DNA from: Eubacteriales bacterium
GTDB taxonomy: Bacteria; Bacillota; Clostridia; Oscillospirales; CAG-272
DNA: 51,561 nt
NCBI GenBank assembly: GCA_045602205.1
Contig: JAZSBF010000026.1
Span: 1 to 51,561, forward strand
Direction of reading: 5' to 3'
Shown: positions 44,151 to 51,561 of the stretch, in pieces
Layout of the letters: the number at the start of each line of letters is the position of its first letter
How positions within the stretch are numbered: position 1 is the stretch's first letter
The notes under the pieces: generated by a model
What the model saw: the letters and a program-made list of their open reading frames with translations, nothing else
What the model was told of the DNA's origin: nothing
Databases searched by the model: none
Translations under genes and position numbers: made by a program

Positions 44151-46190
44151 TTATTTAATCTGAGTTCCCTCTGGAATCATATCGTCAACGAATACGACCT
44201 TGCAGCCGCAAGCGTTGTTAGTACCGGCGAGAAGCATTCCGTTGCTTGTAACACCCGCAAAGCGAGCAGGCTTGAGGTTAGCAACGACGATTATCTTCTT
44301 TCCGACAAGCTCCTCGGGCTTGTACTCGCCCTTGATGCTGGAAACGATAACTCTCTGTCCTATACCGTCATTAAGTGTGAGCTTGAGACAGCTATGAGAC
44401 TTTCTTATCTCTGCCGCCTTTTCTATCTTGCATACTCTGAGGTCTATCTTTGAGAAGATATCTATATCTATCTCCTCCTTGACAGGCTCTACGGGATCGG
44501 GGTCGCCGTAAACTCTCTCCTGGGCTACCTCCTCGACCGTCTCCTCCTCGGGAGCAAGCTCTGCCTCGGTAGCGGGATACGAGAAATCAAGCAATCCTAT
44601 ATAATCCTCTTTGTTTATGGCGTAAAGGAAAAGATAGAGTCTCGGTCCTTTGTCGCGATCTATAAGGAGCTTATAAACGTTCTTAAAGAAAGTTCCCTGA
44701 ATTCCCTTCAGCTCTTTATCAGAAAATCCCTCGCCGTAAACACGCTTGGGAATAGCGTAAAGCTCTGCGTTAAGGTCGTCAAGAGTGTATCCGTCACCTG
44801 AAAGGAAGCTGTGAAGAAGCTCGATCTCCTTCTTCTCGTTCTCATCCATCGCGGAGTATATATCCCAGTTGCGTCCCTTGCGAAGTCTGTTAACGTTTTC
44901 AGGAGCGCACTGCTCAAGCCAGAATTTTGCTCTTTCAAGTCTGTCGGCAAACTGCTCGTATTTATAGGGAGTTCCTATCTTCTCAAATACTGTTTCAAGC
45001 ATCGGCACATTGAAGTTAACTACCGAGCCAAGCTGAACGATAAGTCCCATCGGAACTGTTTCTATCTCTCTTCCGTTTACAGACGCGTTATACATTACCG
45101 ACTGAGTAAACTCGTTTGCCTTGCCCTCACGAACCTCAGTGAGCATCTTGTCAAACTCAAAATACTGTCTGAGTATTCCGTCATCAAAGCATATATCGAA
45201 CGCCTTTGTGGGCTCTGTCTTAGCGTAAAGCCAGAGAAGTACCTCGGGCTGATATATTTTAAGAAGCGTTTCGGGAGTGAGGTTAAGACCCGACGAGCTC
45301 GACATTTTACCCGTCATACCCTTGATACCGATAAATTCATATCCTTGGAACAAGGGCGCTTCGTGTCCGAATATCTTTTTGGATATTATCTTGGAGTTGT
45401 TGTAAGAGCCTGTGGGAGCTGCGTGATCCTTTCCGCCGGGCTCAAAGTCGACCTGCTCGTATCTCCAACGCATAGCCCAGTCAACCTTCCAACCGAGCTT
45501 ACAGTTGAAATTCTCAAGAAAGTTGAAGTGACCCTTGTGACCGCAGCGGCATGTATATTCAGCCTCTGTGCAATCATCATTTATAGAGGTTATCGTGGTG
45601 AAATCGGTCTTACACTCGGGGCAGAATATGCTTACAGGATAGTAATTTTCCTTCTCCTTATCGTGCTCTGCGCGAAGCTCCTCCTCGGATTTGCTTGTAT
45701 CCTTTGTCTTGAAGGAATCGAGTATCTCGAATATCTCTCCTCTTTTCTGAAGAGACTCTATGATATCCTTTGTATATTTTCCCGAACGGTACATATCTGC
45801 CTGATAACGACAGTCAAGCTCAATACCGAAGGGTTCTATTCCCTTGAGGAATTCCTCCTCAAAGTGCTTTGCGTAGTTCTCGTGACATCCCCAAGGGTCG
45901 GGAATGTCAACGTAAGGACAGCCTATATATTTATCATAGCTATCTCCAACGACCGCCTGAACGTTCGCAGGGATCTTACGGCAACGATCGTACTCATCCC
46001 AAGATATAAGAAGTCTTGCCTTTTTGCCCTTTTTCTGCAACGCCTTTACAACAAACAGAGGAGTCGCCAGATCTCTGAAGTTTCCGATGTGAACAGAGCC
46101 TGACGGGCTTACACCTGCCGCGCAGACATATTCTTCTTTATTAGGATTGCGTTCAATAAGCTTTTCTGCAATTTCTTCCGACCAATGCAT
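44151..46190 (-). CDS. lysK: Class I lysyl-tRNA synthetase fused to a C-terminal tRNA-binding (Trbp111/EMAPII-like) domain
   Basis: 679 aa from ATG 46190 (AAAGGAG RBS). 'SPSGSVHIGNFRD' is the HIGH motif. 'DPWGCHENYAKHF', 'VDFEPGGKDH', and 'GKMSSSSG' (KMSKS) also match. The C-terminal ~105 aa 'IDLRVCKIEKAAEI...LKLTLNDG...IVSSIKGEYKPEELVGKKIIVVANLKPARFAGVTSNGMLLA' is a tRNA-binding OB fold. Confidence 0.88.
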   Translation of the reverse strand: MHWSEEIAEKLIERNPNKEEYVCAAGVSPSGSVHIGNFRDLATPLFVVKALQKKGKKARLLISWDEYDRCRKIPANVQAVVGDSYDKYIGCPYVDIPDPWGCHENYAKHFEEEFLKGIEPFGIELDCRYQADMYRSGKYTKDIIESLQKRGEIFEILDSFKTKDTSKSEEELRAEHDKEKENYYPVSIFCPECKTDFTTITSINDDCTEAEYTCRCGHKGHFNFLENFNCKLGWKVDWAMRWRYEQVDFEPGGKDHAAPTGSYNNSKIISKKIFGHEAPLFQGYEFIGIKGMTGKMSSSSGLNLTPETLLKIYQPEVLLWLYAKTEPTKAFDICFDDGILRQYFEFDKMLTEVREGKANEFTQSVMYNASVNGREIETVPMGLIVQLGSVVNFNVPMLETVFEKIGTPYKYEQFADRLERAKFWLEQCAPENVNRLRKGRNWDIYSAMDENEKKEIELLHSFLSGDGYTLDDLNAELYAIPKRVYGEGFSDKELKGIQGTFFKNVYKLLIDRDKGPRLYLFLYAINKEDYIGLLDFSYPATEAELAPEEETVEEVAQERVYGDPDPVEPVKEEIDIDIFSKIDLRVCKIEKAAEIRKSHSCLKLTLNDGIGQRVIVSSIKGEYKPEELVGKKIIVVANLKPARFAGVTSNGMLLAGTNNACGCKVVFVDDMIPEGTQIK

Positions 46191-46273
46191 TTTTATAGCT
46201 CCTTTAATTTCAATTTCATTATAACTTATATATTTTATCACAAAAGAGTGATATTGTCAAGAGCCGCGTCTCT

Positions 46274-46582
46274 TTATTTTATAAAGAGCTCTATTACAAA
46301 AACAGTTACCGAGCTCAACACCGCAACGGTGAAAAGACCTTTGCCAAAATACGCGAGAAGTATTGCGACAACAAGAGCTGCAAGCGCCGATATCGGTGTC
46401 TGCGTGGCACTGAGTATTGCGGGAAAAGTCATCACCGCCAAGGTAACGTACGGAACATAGTAAAGGAACGAGCGCAAAACTCTGTTTTTTATCTCTTTTC
46501 TGATAAGCGTGAGCGGAAGCACTCTGATGAGATATGTGACCAGCGCCATTCCGAAAATATAACTATAAACGTTATGCGTCAT
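46274..46582 (-). CDS. azlD: AzlD family branched-chain amino acid transport protein
   Basis: 102 aa, 3-4 TM segments. It overlaps the azlC end by 11 nt, the typical azlCD arrangement. Confidence 0.8.
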   Translation of the reverse strand: MTHNVYSYIFGMALVTYLIRVLPLTLIRKEIKNRVLRSFLYYVPYVTLAVMTFPAILSATQTPISALAALVVAILLAYFGKGLFTVAVLSSVTVFVIELFIK

Positions 46583-47288
46583 TCTCTTTGTCCTCCTTTA
46601 CAGGGAAGATAAAAGCTGCGGCAAGAGATATTACGACCGTCAGAACGATTATCTTTATTCCGTCGGATATAGTGTCGAATATCGGAATTACAGAGACCGC
46701 ATAGCTGAGCGCAAAGCTTATAGCCACGAGTCCCGCGACTATCTTGCTCTTTCTCGATTCGGGTATAAACACCGAGATAAACATACCGTAAAGGCTGACA
46801 CCGAGGGCGCTGAGAAGATTTATTGGCAAAATATTGCCGAGTATAGCTCCAAAAAGCGTTCCAAGCGACCAACCGGGTATTGCCACACTTGCTACTCCGT
46901 ATGTATAAAAGGGGTCAAGTCTTTCGTCAAGCGCTATCGACACGCCAAAATTTTCGTCGGTGATACAGTATCCGAGAAGCATCCTCTGAAATGTACCCAC
47001 ACCCGGCTTCAGCTTTTGGCTGAGTGCCGCCGACATAAGCATATATCGCGCGTTAGCTATCGCCTCCATAATAAAGACTTCAGCATAGCTTGCGCCCACA
47101 GCGATCAGAGAAAAGCCTATGTATTCTCCCGCCGAGGCGTTTATAAGAAAGCTTGTGAGTGTTGCCTGAAAAGGAGACAGCCCCGCATTTTTTGCGGCGA
47201 TACCAAGCGTGATCGCCACCGCAAAGTATCCCAGTGCTATCGGTATACCCGCCTTCATTCCAAGCAAATAATTTTTTCTTCTGCTCAT
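46572..47288 (-). CDS. azlC: AzlC family branched-chain amino acid permease
   Basis: 'GMKAGIPIALGYFAVAITLGIAA', polytopic. The start is at ATG 47288 after a GAGGA RBS. Confidence 0.85.
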   Translation of the reverse strand: MSRRKNYLLGMKAGIPIALGYFAVAITLGIAAKNAGLSPFQATLTSFLINASAGEYIGFSLIAVGASYAEVFIMEAIANARYMLMSAALSQKLKPGVGTFQRMLLGYCITDENFGVSIALDERLDPFYTYGVASVAIPGWSLGTLFGAILGNILPINLLSALGVSLYGMFISVFIPESRKSKIVAGLVAISFALSYAVSVIPIFDTISDGIKIIVLTVVISLAAAFIFPVKEDKENDA

Positions 47289-47363
47289 ACTATCCTCATA
47301 AAGAAATTTCTGAGGCTGTCTCAAACACAAATTTGAGGCAGCCCCTTTTTAGTAGTCTACGAT

Positions 47364-48452
47364 TTATCTGCGAACTTCCTTCGCCATTTTGTAAAGAGCT
47401 TGTATCTCAAGGCGTCTCTTCTCACAGATAGCTTCCATCTCAGCTATCTCCTCAGCGCTGAACTTGTCAAGATCGCCATCCTTGAGCTTACCCTTATACA
47501 TACGGTCTGTTGTAAGCGCGAATACTATGTCAAGACTTGTGATCTCTCCGTCGTCCTCAATAACTACTCTGTTGCTTTCACCCGCAATAAGAAGCTCAAC
47601 AGCCTTTGTTCCCATACGGGTAGCTGTAAGCCTGTCACGAAGTGTGGGAGAACCTCCTCTTACAACGTGTGCCAAGCGAGCAAACTTTGTTTCAATTCCT
47701 GTCTGCTCCTCTATCTTCTTAGCAAGCGCCTCACCGTAACGTATCTTGTTTCCGTTTTCATCGATTTCAAACAAAGCCTCGCTGACAACAACGATCATTC
47801 CTCTCTTACCGTCATTCTTAGCCTTGATGATATTCCGGATCATTTTTTCCTCGTTGTAGTCGACCTCGGAAATACATACGCCCATAGCGCCTGCGGCAAT
47901 GCTGGAATTGAGCGCAAGAAGTCCGCACTCACGTCCCATGACCTCAACCACGTTACAACGCGCGTGAGACTCACAGGTGTCGCACAAACGGTCAAGCGTA
48001 TCTATGATAGTATTCATCGCAGTGTCAAATCCGACGGTATAGTCGGTAGCCGTTATATCGTTATCTATCGTTCCCGTAACTCCAATGGTAGGAATACCGC
48101 GTAAGCTGAGATCGGTAGCTCCGCGGAATGTTCCGTCTCCGCCTATCGCCACGATAGCATCTATTTCATGTCTCTTACAGGTAGCTACTGCCTTAGCCAT
48201 ACCTTCCTCTGTCTTGAATTCAAGGCAACGGTTAGAATAAAGAATCGTTCCTCCGTGAGAGATAATGTTGGACACGCTACCGGACTTCATCTTGATAAGA
48301 TTGTCTTCAATAAGTCCGCTGTATCCGCCTATGATACCCATTACCTCAATGCCCTCTTCAAGAGCCTTTCGCGTTACCGCTCTTATGGCAGCATTCATTC
48401 CGGGGGCATCGCCGCCCGATGTAAGCACGCCAATTCTTTTGATCTTTTCCAT
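47364..48452 (-). CDS. pfkA: ATP-dependent 6-phosphofructokinase
   Basis: 'IGVLTSGGDAPGMNAAIRAV', 'IGGDGTFRGA', 'GTIDNDI', 'VEVMGR'. Confidence 0.95.
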   Translation of the reverse strand: MEKIKRIGVLTSGGDAPGMNAAIRAVTRKALEEGIEVMGIIGGYSGLIEDNLIKMKSGSVSNIISHGGTILYSNRCLEFKTEEGMAKAVATCKRHEIDAIVAIGGDGTFRGATDLSLRGIPTIGVTGTIDNDITATDYTVGFDTAMNTIIDTLDRLCDTCESHARCNVVEVMGRECGLLALNSSIAAGAMGVCISEVDYNEEKMIRNIIKAKNDGKRGMIVVVSEALFEIDENGNKIRYGEALAKKIEEQTGIETKFARLAHVVRGGSPTLRDRLTATRMGTKAVELLIAGESNRVVIEDDGEITSLDIVFALTTDRMYKGKLKDGDLDKFSAEEIAEMEAICEKRRLEIQALYKMAKEVRR

Positions 48453-48594
48453 AAAAACCTAAAACCTCTTTGAAAAACGTTTTGTCGCAAATTTGACGAT
48501 ATTAAATATTGTAATATATTACTCTTAAAAAATCAATACTTTTTTTGTCAAAAATTTAACTTTTTTCACATTTTTTTTGGTATTTTTTATATTT

Positions 48595-49854
48595 TTATAT
48601 CTGAGCCGATATTATCATATCAAAAATATTGCTTGCCGAAACGCATCTTATATAATCTCTGCTTCGCATAGCCGAAAGAGAGAGCCTTCTGACCTGCTCG
48701 CCTTTTCTTGTGCTGATGCCCAAAAACACCGTTCCGACAGGCTTTTCGGGAGTTCCTCCGCCGGGTCCTGCAATTCCCGTAACAGATACTCCTATGTCTG
48801 TCCCAAGGACATTTCTCACCCCTCTTGCCATCTCTTTTGCGGTCTGCTCGGACACAGCTCCCCACTCTCTCAAGGTCTCCTCACTCACACCAAGCAATTT
48901 TACCTTTGCCTCGTTTGCGTAACTTACACAGCTTCCCACAAAAACGTCAGAGCATCCCGCAATATCGGTTATCCTTTTCGATATAAGCCCTCCTGTGCAG
49001 GATTCGGCACAAGCAAGCGTCAACCCTTTTTCTCTCAAAAGCGCGATAGCCGCTTTTTCAAGAGACTCAACGTCTATACCGTAAATATATTTTCCAACCT
49101 CGGTTTTTGTGATTTTATCTATTGCGCCGTCACAGATATCAAGTGCCTCTTTTTCACTTTTTGCAGATGCCGTTATGCGCAACCGCACCTCTCCCTCCTT
49201 GCAGTACGGAGCTATTGTAGGATTTTTAGAATTTTTCATTATTTCGGATATCTCGTTCTCGACCGCCGATTCTCCCATTCCGAAGATATGGACGTTACGG
49301 CTTGCTATAACGCTGTTGCGGCGCTCCATAAGATAGGGCATCACCTTTTCCTTGAATATCGGCACTATCTCGCTTGGCGGACCGGGAAGCATGATAACCG
49401 TCTTAGAGTCATTGTCTCCGCCACAAATAGCCAATGCGGGCGCTGTTCCGTAATCGTTATCGAATATCACCGCACCCTCGGGCATCATCGCCTGCTTGCG
49501 ATTATTTTCGGTCATTACCCTTCCTGTCCTTTTAAAATATTCCTCTATACGACCGAGCGAGTGAGCGTCCTCTCTCATCTCTCTCCCGAAATACTCAGCA
49601 ACTGTCTCTTTGGTGAGGTCGTCGTATGTCGGACCGAGTCCGCCGCTCGTTATAACGAGGTCGGCACTATCAAGCGCGCTCTCAAGCGCCGCCTTGAGTC
49701 GCTCCTGATTATCTCCGACCACCGTATGTCTGTATACGTTTATTCCAAGCTCGGCAAGTCTCTGTGACAAAAAAGCCGCGTTGGTATTAACAATGTCGCC
49801 AAGCAAAAGCTCAGTTCCCACACAAAGTATCTCTGCCGTTTTTATGTTATCCAT
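48595..49854 (-). CDS. cinA: CinA family protein (MoCF-like domain plus nicotinamide-nucleotide amidohydrolase PncC domain)
   Basis: 419 aa. 'AEILCVGTELLLGDIVNTNAAFLSQRL', 'TSGGLGPTYDDLTKE', 'AESCTGGL'. Confidence 0.9.
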   Translation of the reverse strand: MDNIKTAEILCVGTELLLGDIVNTNAAFLSQRLAELGINVYRHTVVGDNQERLKAALESALDSADLVITSGGLGPTYDDLTKETVAEYFGREMREDAHSLGRIEEYFKRTGRVMTENNRKQAMMPEGAVIFDNDYGTAPALAICGGDNDSKTVIMLPGPPSEIVPIFKEKVMPYLMERRNSVIASRNVHIFGMGESAVENEISEIMKNSKNPTIAPYCKEGEVRLRITASAKSEKEALDICDGAIDKITKTEVGKYIYGIDVESLEKAAIALLREKGLTLACAESCTGGLISKRITDIAGCSDVFVGSCVSYANEAKVKLLGVSEETLREWGAVSEQTAKEMARGVRNVLGTDIGVSVTGIAGPGGGTPEKPVGTVFLGISTRKGEQVRRLSLSAMRSRDYIRCVSASNIFDMIISAQI

Positions 49855-49892
49855 AATCTATCCCCTAAAAGCTTTGTTTTTTAATTTCAATC

Positions 49893-50033
49893 ATATTATA
49901 CCATGAAGCAAAAATGCTTGCTTGCAAGGGCATTTTTGCGAAGCCGTCAATTACGCAGGCGCATGACAGTGCGCATAGGGGCGCAAACGCCCCAAAGGAT
50001 TGCTTTGCAAGACTTTCTGCGTATATTATACCA
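49893..50033. repeat. 11-nt direct repeat (ATATTATACCA) flanking a 119-bp GC-richer, hairpin-dense segment
   Basis: Copies at 49893-49903 and 50023-50033. On the minus strand each reads TGGTATAAT(AT), which is extended -10-like. Confidence 0.35.
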
Positions 50034-50073
50034 CAAAATTGTCTGTTTTTTTATATATTCTGTAAATTCTTTA

Positions 50074-50102
50074 TTGATTTACGGCTATTTTGAATGTATA
50101 AT
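50074..50102 (+). promoter_or_regulatory. Sigma-A promoter candidate for the radical SAM gene
   Basis: TTGATT 50074-79, 17 nt, TATAAT 50097-102. Confidence 0.5.
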
Positions 50103-50132
50103 ATAAAATGCAAACAGATGGGAGGTGAAGAT

Positions 50133-51017
50133 ATGGAGAAATGCGTATTATGTCCGAGAGCTTGCTCGGCAAGCAGAGCACAGGGAGAGAGGGGTATCTG
50201 CGGCGAAGCTAAAGGAATAACCATCTCACGTGCAAGCCTGCATCCTTGGGAAGAACCGCCTATAAGCGGCTCACGCGGCTCGGGGACTATCTTTTTCTGT
50301 GGCTGTAATCTTCAGTGTGTTTTTTGTCAAAACAAGATAATAAGCCGCGGCGGCGGAAATCGAAAGGCGCTTTCTGTAAGCGAGCTTGCCTCGCTTATAC
50401 TCGAGCTTCGCGATATGGGCGCTCACAACATAAATCTTGTCACTCCCACTCATTTTGCTGACTCTATCGCAGAGGCGCTTGCACTTGTGAGGGGGGATTT
50501 GAATATCCCGATAGTTTACAATTCATCCGGCTACGAATCTCTATCAACACTCAAAATGCTCGACGGTCTTATCGACATTTATCTTCCAGACTTCAAGTAT
50601 TATTCGAGCGAGCTTGCGAAGGATTATTCATCAGCGCCCGACTACACGGAGGTCGCCGTAAAAGCGCTTTGCGAGATGCATAGACAGGTCGGTGCTCCGA
50701 TATTCGACAGTAACGGATTAATGAGGCGAGGAATGATAGTACGCCATCTTGTGCTTCCCGCCTGCCGACACGACAGTATAAAGGTGCTTGACACCCTCTC
50801 AGAGCTTTTCTCTCCCGACTCTATAAAGCTCAGCCTTATGAGCCAATACACTCCCGATTTCGCGCTCGACACCCCATTTAAAAATCTGCACAGGAAGCTG
50901 ACTTCCTTTGAATACAACTCTGTGCTCAATCACGCTATCTCTCTCGGATTTGACGGATATTTTCAGTCCCTATCCTCCGCGACCTCTAGCTATACGCCGA
51001 ATTTTGAGGGGTGTTAG
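50133..51017 (+). CDS. Radical SAM protein, PflX-like (homolog of pyruvate formate-lyase activase)
   Basis: 'CPRAC...GICG', 'HPWEEPPISG', CX3CX2C 'CGCNLQCVFCQN'. ATG 50133 follows a GGGAGGTG RBS. Confidence 0.8.
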   Translation: MEKCVLCPRACSASRAQGERGICGEAKGITISRASLHPWEEPPISGSRGSGTIFFCGCNLQCVFCQNKIISRGGGNRKALSVSELASLILELRDMGAHNINLVTPTHFADSIAEALALVRGDLNIPIVYNSSGYESLSTLKMLDGLIDIYLPDFKYYSSELAKDYSSAPDYTEVAVKALCEMHRQVGAPIFDSNGLMRRGMIVRHLVLPACRHDSIKVLDTLSELFSPDSIKLSLMSQYTPDFALDTPFKNLHRKLTSFEYNSVLNHAISLGFDGYFQSLSSATSSYTPNFEGC

Positions 51018-51168
51018 AGGGTTTTGTTTGAGAAAGTTAATTTATTTAGAGGAAACCTTTTTAGGAAAGGTTTCCCCTATACCCCTTCCAAACCTTTTTA
51101 AGCTATTGGGTGTATCTAAATTTAAAATTCAAGGTGTGTAATCAATTTAGCGAAATTTAAAATACAAT

Positions 51169-51207
51169 AAAAAGCAACCCGTCGGTACGCAAGTGTCCGA
51201 CGGGTTG
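51169..51207 (-). terminator. Intrinsic terminator, minus-strand orientation
   Basis: 11-bp stem CAACCCGTCGG/CCGACGGGTTG (51175-85 / 51197-207). On the minus strand it is followed by CTTTTTATT. Confidence 0.55.
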
Positions 51208-51286
51208 TTTCCTCATATAAAAAATATTCGATTAAGCGAGATAATATTCAGGAAGCCTAAACCCTTTTTTAAAAGGTTTGGAGAGT

Positions 51287-51401
51287 GTGAGAACCCAATG
51301 TTTGATGTTTTTAGCTGTAAGCTGAAATGGCGGTGTTTAGCCGCCAAATCAAACTTGGCACAAAGCCATAGGCTTTGTAGCTTTCCTTAAAAGGTTCTCA
51401 C
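51287..51401. other. Multi-hairpin structured element, possibly an ncRNA or repeat element. Strand undetermined.
   Basis: Closing stem GTGAGAACC (51287-95) / GGTTCTCAC (51393-401). It encloses GTTTGAT/ATCAAAC, AGCT-gta-AGCT, GGCGG-tgtttag-CCGCC and CAAAGCC-ata-GGCTTTG. Confidence 0.3.
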
Positions 51402-51431
51402 GTCCCTTCCCCTAACATTAACTATCTTTCT

Positions 51432-51561
51432 AAAAAACAACGCCCCTGCACCTTACGGTGCAGAGGCGTATTATCGCGGTTCCACTCTGCTTTGGGGATA
51501 TCCGCCAAGAAAACAACGGAAGCCCTATCTTTCAGCGTCTTTTAACGCGGACGAAGCGCTG
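51432..51561 (-). ncRNA. T-box riboswitch leader, 3' portion (truncated by the window edge), with its terminator at 51432-51468
   Basis: The minus strand reads ...CAAAGCAGAGUGGAACCGCGAUAAUACGCCUCUGCACCGUAAGGUGCAGGGGCGUUGUUUUUU. The T-box sequence is AGAGUGGAACCGCG (consensus AGGGUGGNACCGCG), at plus-strand 51475-88. The antiterminator is AGAG/CUCU plus GCG/CGC with a 7-nt UGGAACC bulge. The competing terminator has a 12-bp stem and GUAA loop followed by U6. An F-box-like CCGUUG lies upstream. Confidence 0.68.

Noticed and set aside
44811-46103. 430-aa ORF antisense to lysK. Similar long antisense ORFs occur at 48577-49767 (opposite cinA), 21278-22144 (opposite ispD/rpiB), 47400-48104 (opposite pfkA), 1586-2371 (opposite efp) and 18669-19211 (opposite fhs).
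   Set aside because: Each lies entirely opposite a gene with unmistakable conserved motifs. Their translations are low-complexity (rich in L, S, R, C, Y) with no recognisable motifs and no RBS. They are typical shadow ORFs caused by the codon bias of the real gene.
49953-50022. A 70-nt cloverleaf-like four-way junction considered as a tRNA or tRNA-like gene.
   Set aside because: Loop sizes (6, 4 and 5 nt) and the stem spacing do not fit D, anticodon and T arms. There is no GTTCRA T-loop or conserved D-loop residues, and no 7-nt anticodon loop.
51193-51390. 65-aa plus-strand ORF (GTG start) in the right-hand non-coding block. Also 50908-51141 (77 aa) and 49903-50106 (67 aa).
   Set aside because: The starts lie inside hairpin stems or inside another gene. 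None has an RBS. The sequence is dominated by palindromes and repeats, and the translations show no features.

Overview
This 51.6-kb segment looks like chromosomal DNA from a spore-forming Firmicute, probably a member of the Clostridia. It is mostly housekeeping genes. There is no rRNA, tRNA, CRISPR array, transposase or integrase. The left third (2.6-16.4 kb) follows the gene order of the Bacillus subtilis 'ylo' region: yicC-remA-gmk-rpoZ-priA-def-fmt-(Zn peptidase)-rsmB-rlmN-[PASTA protein]-rsgA-thiN-spoVM. Three differences stand out. coaBC is absent. The PP2C phosphatase and the kinase domain of PrkC are absent, leaving only a membrane anchor and four PASTA repeats. rpe sits about 9 kb away. 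The rest encodes holA, a Cys/Asp-repeat zinc-ribbon protein, efp, fhs-tsaE-tsaB-rpiB-ispD-ispF, rpe, an ABC-F ATPase, a Cof-type HAD hydrolase, an acyl-ACP thioesterase, an ECF S-component, a YycJ-like hydrolase with rlmH, gatCAB, a BspA-type LRR lipoprotein, recG, a heterodimeric ABC exporter, azlCD, pfkA, cinA and a PflX-like radical SAM enzyme. The most unusual items follow. (1) An XRE-HTH/S24 (LexA/CI-like) repressor gene lies opposite a Zn-ribbon plus sigma-70 region-4-like gene pair. Two perfect-consensus promoters face each other between them with coincident start sites, like a phage switch, but no prophage is present. The repressor appears co-transcribed with the ABC-F gene. (2) The 3' half of a T-box riboswitch lies on the minus strand at the right edge. 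No ORF follows it. Instead there is about 260 nt of highly structured, repeat-containing sequence ending in a second terminator. (3) A cluster of DnaA-box-like 9-mers lies in the convergent rpe/ABC-F intergenic region. (4) A MazF/EndoA toxin gene has no antitoxin ORF and carries a C-terminal extension. (5) A class I lysyl-tRNA synthetase is fused to a C-terminal tRNA-binding domain. (6) A GDPD-like phosphodiesterase is fused to an inositol monophosphatase. All calls come from reading the supplied translations and sequence by eye. No database search, covariance model or folding program was run.
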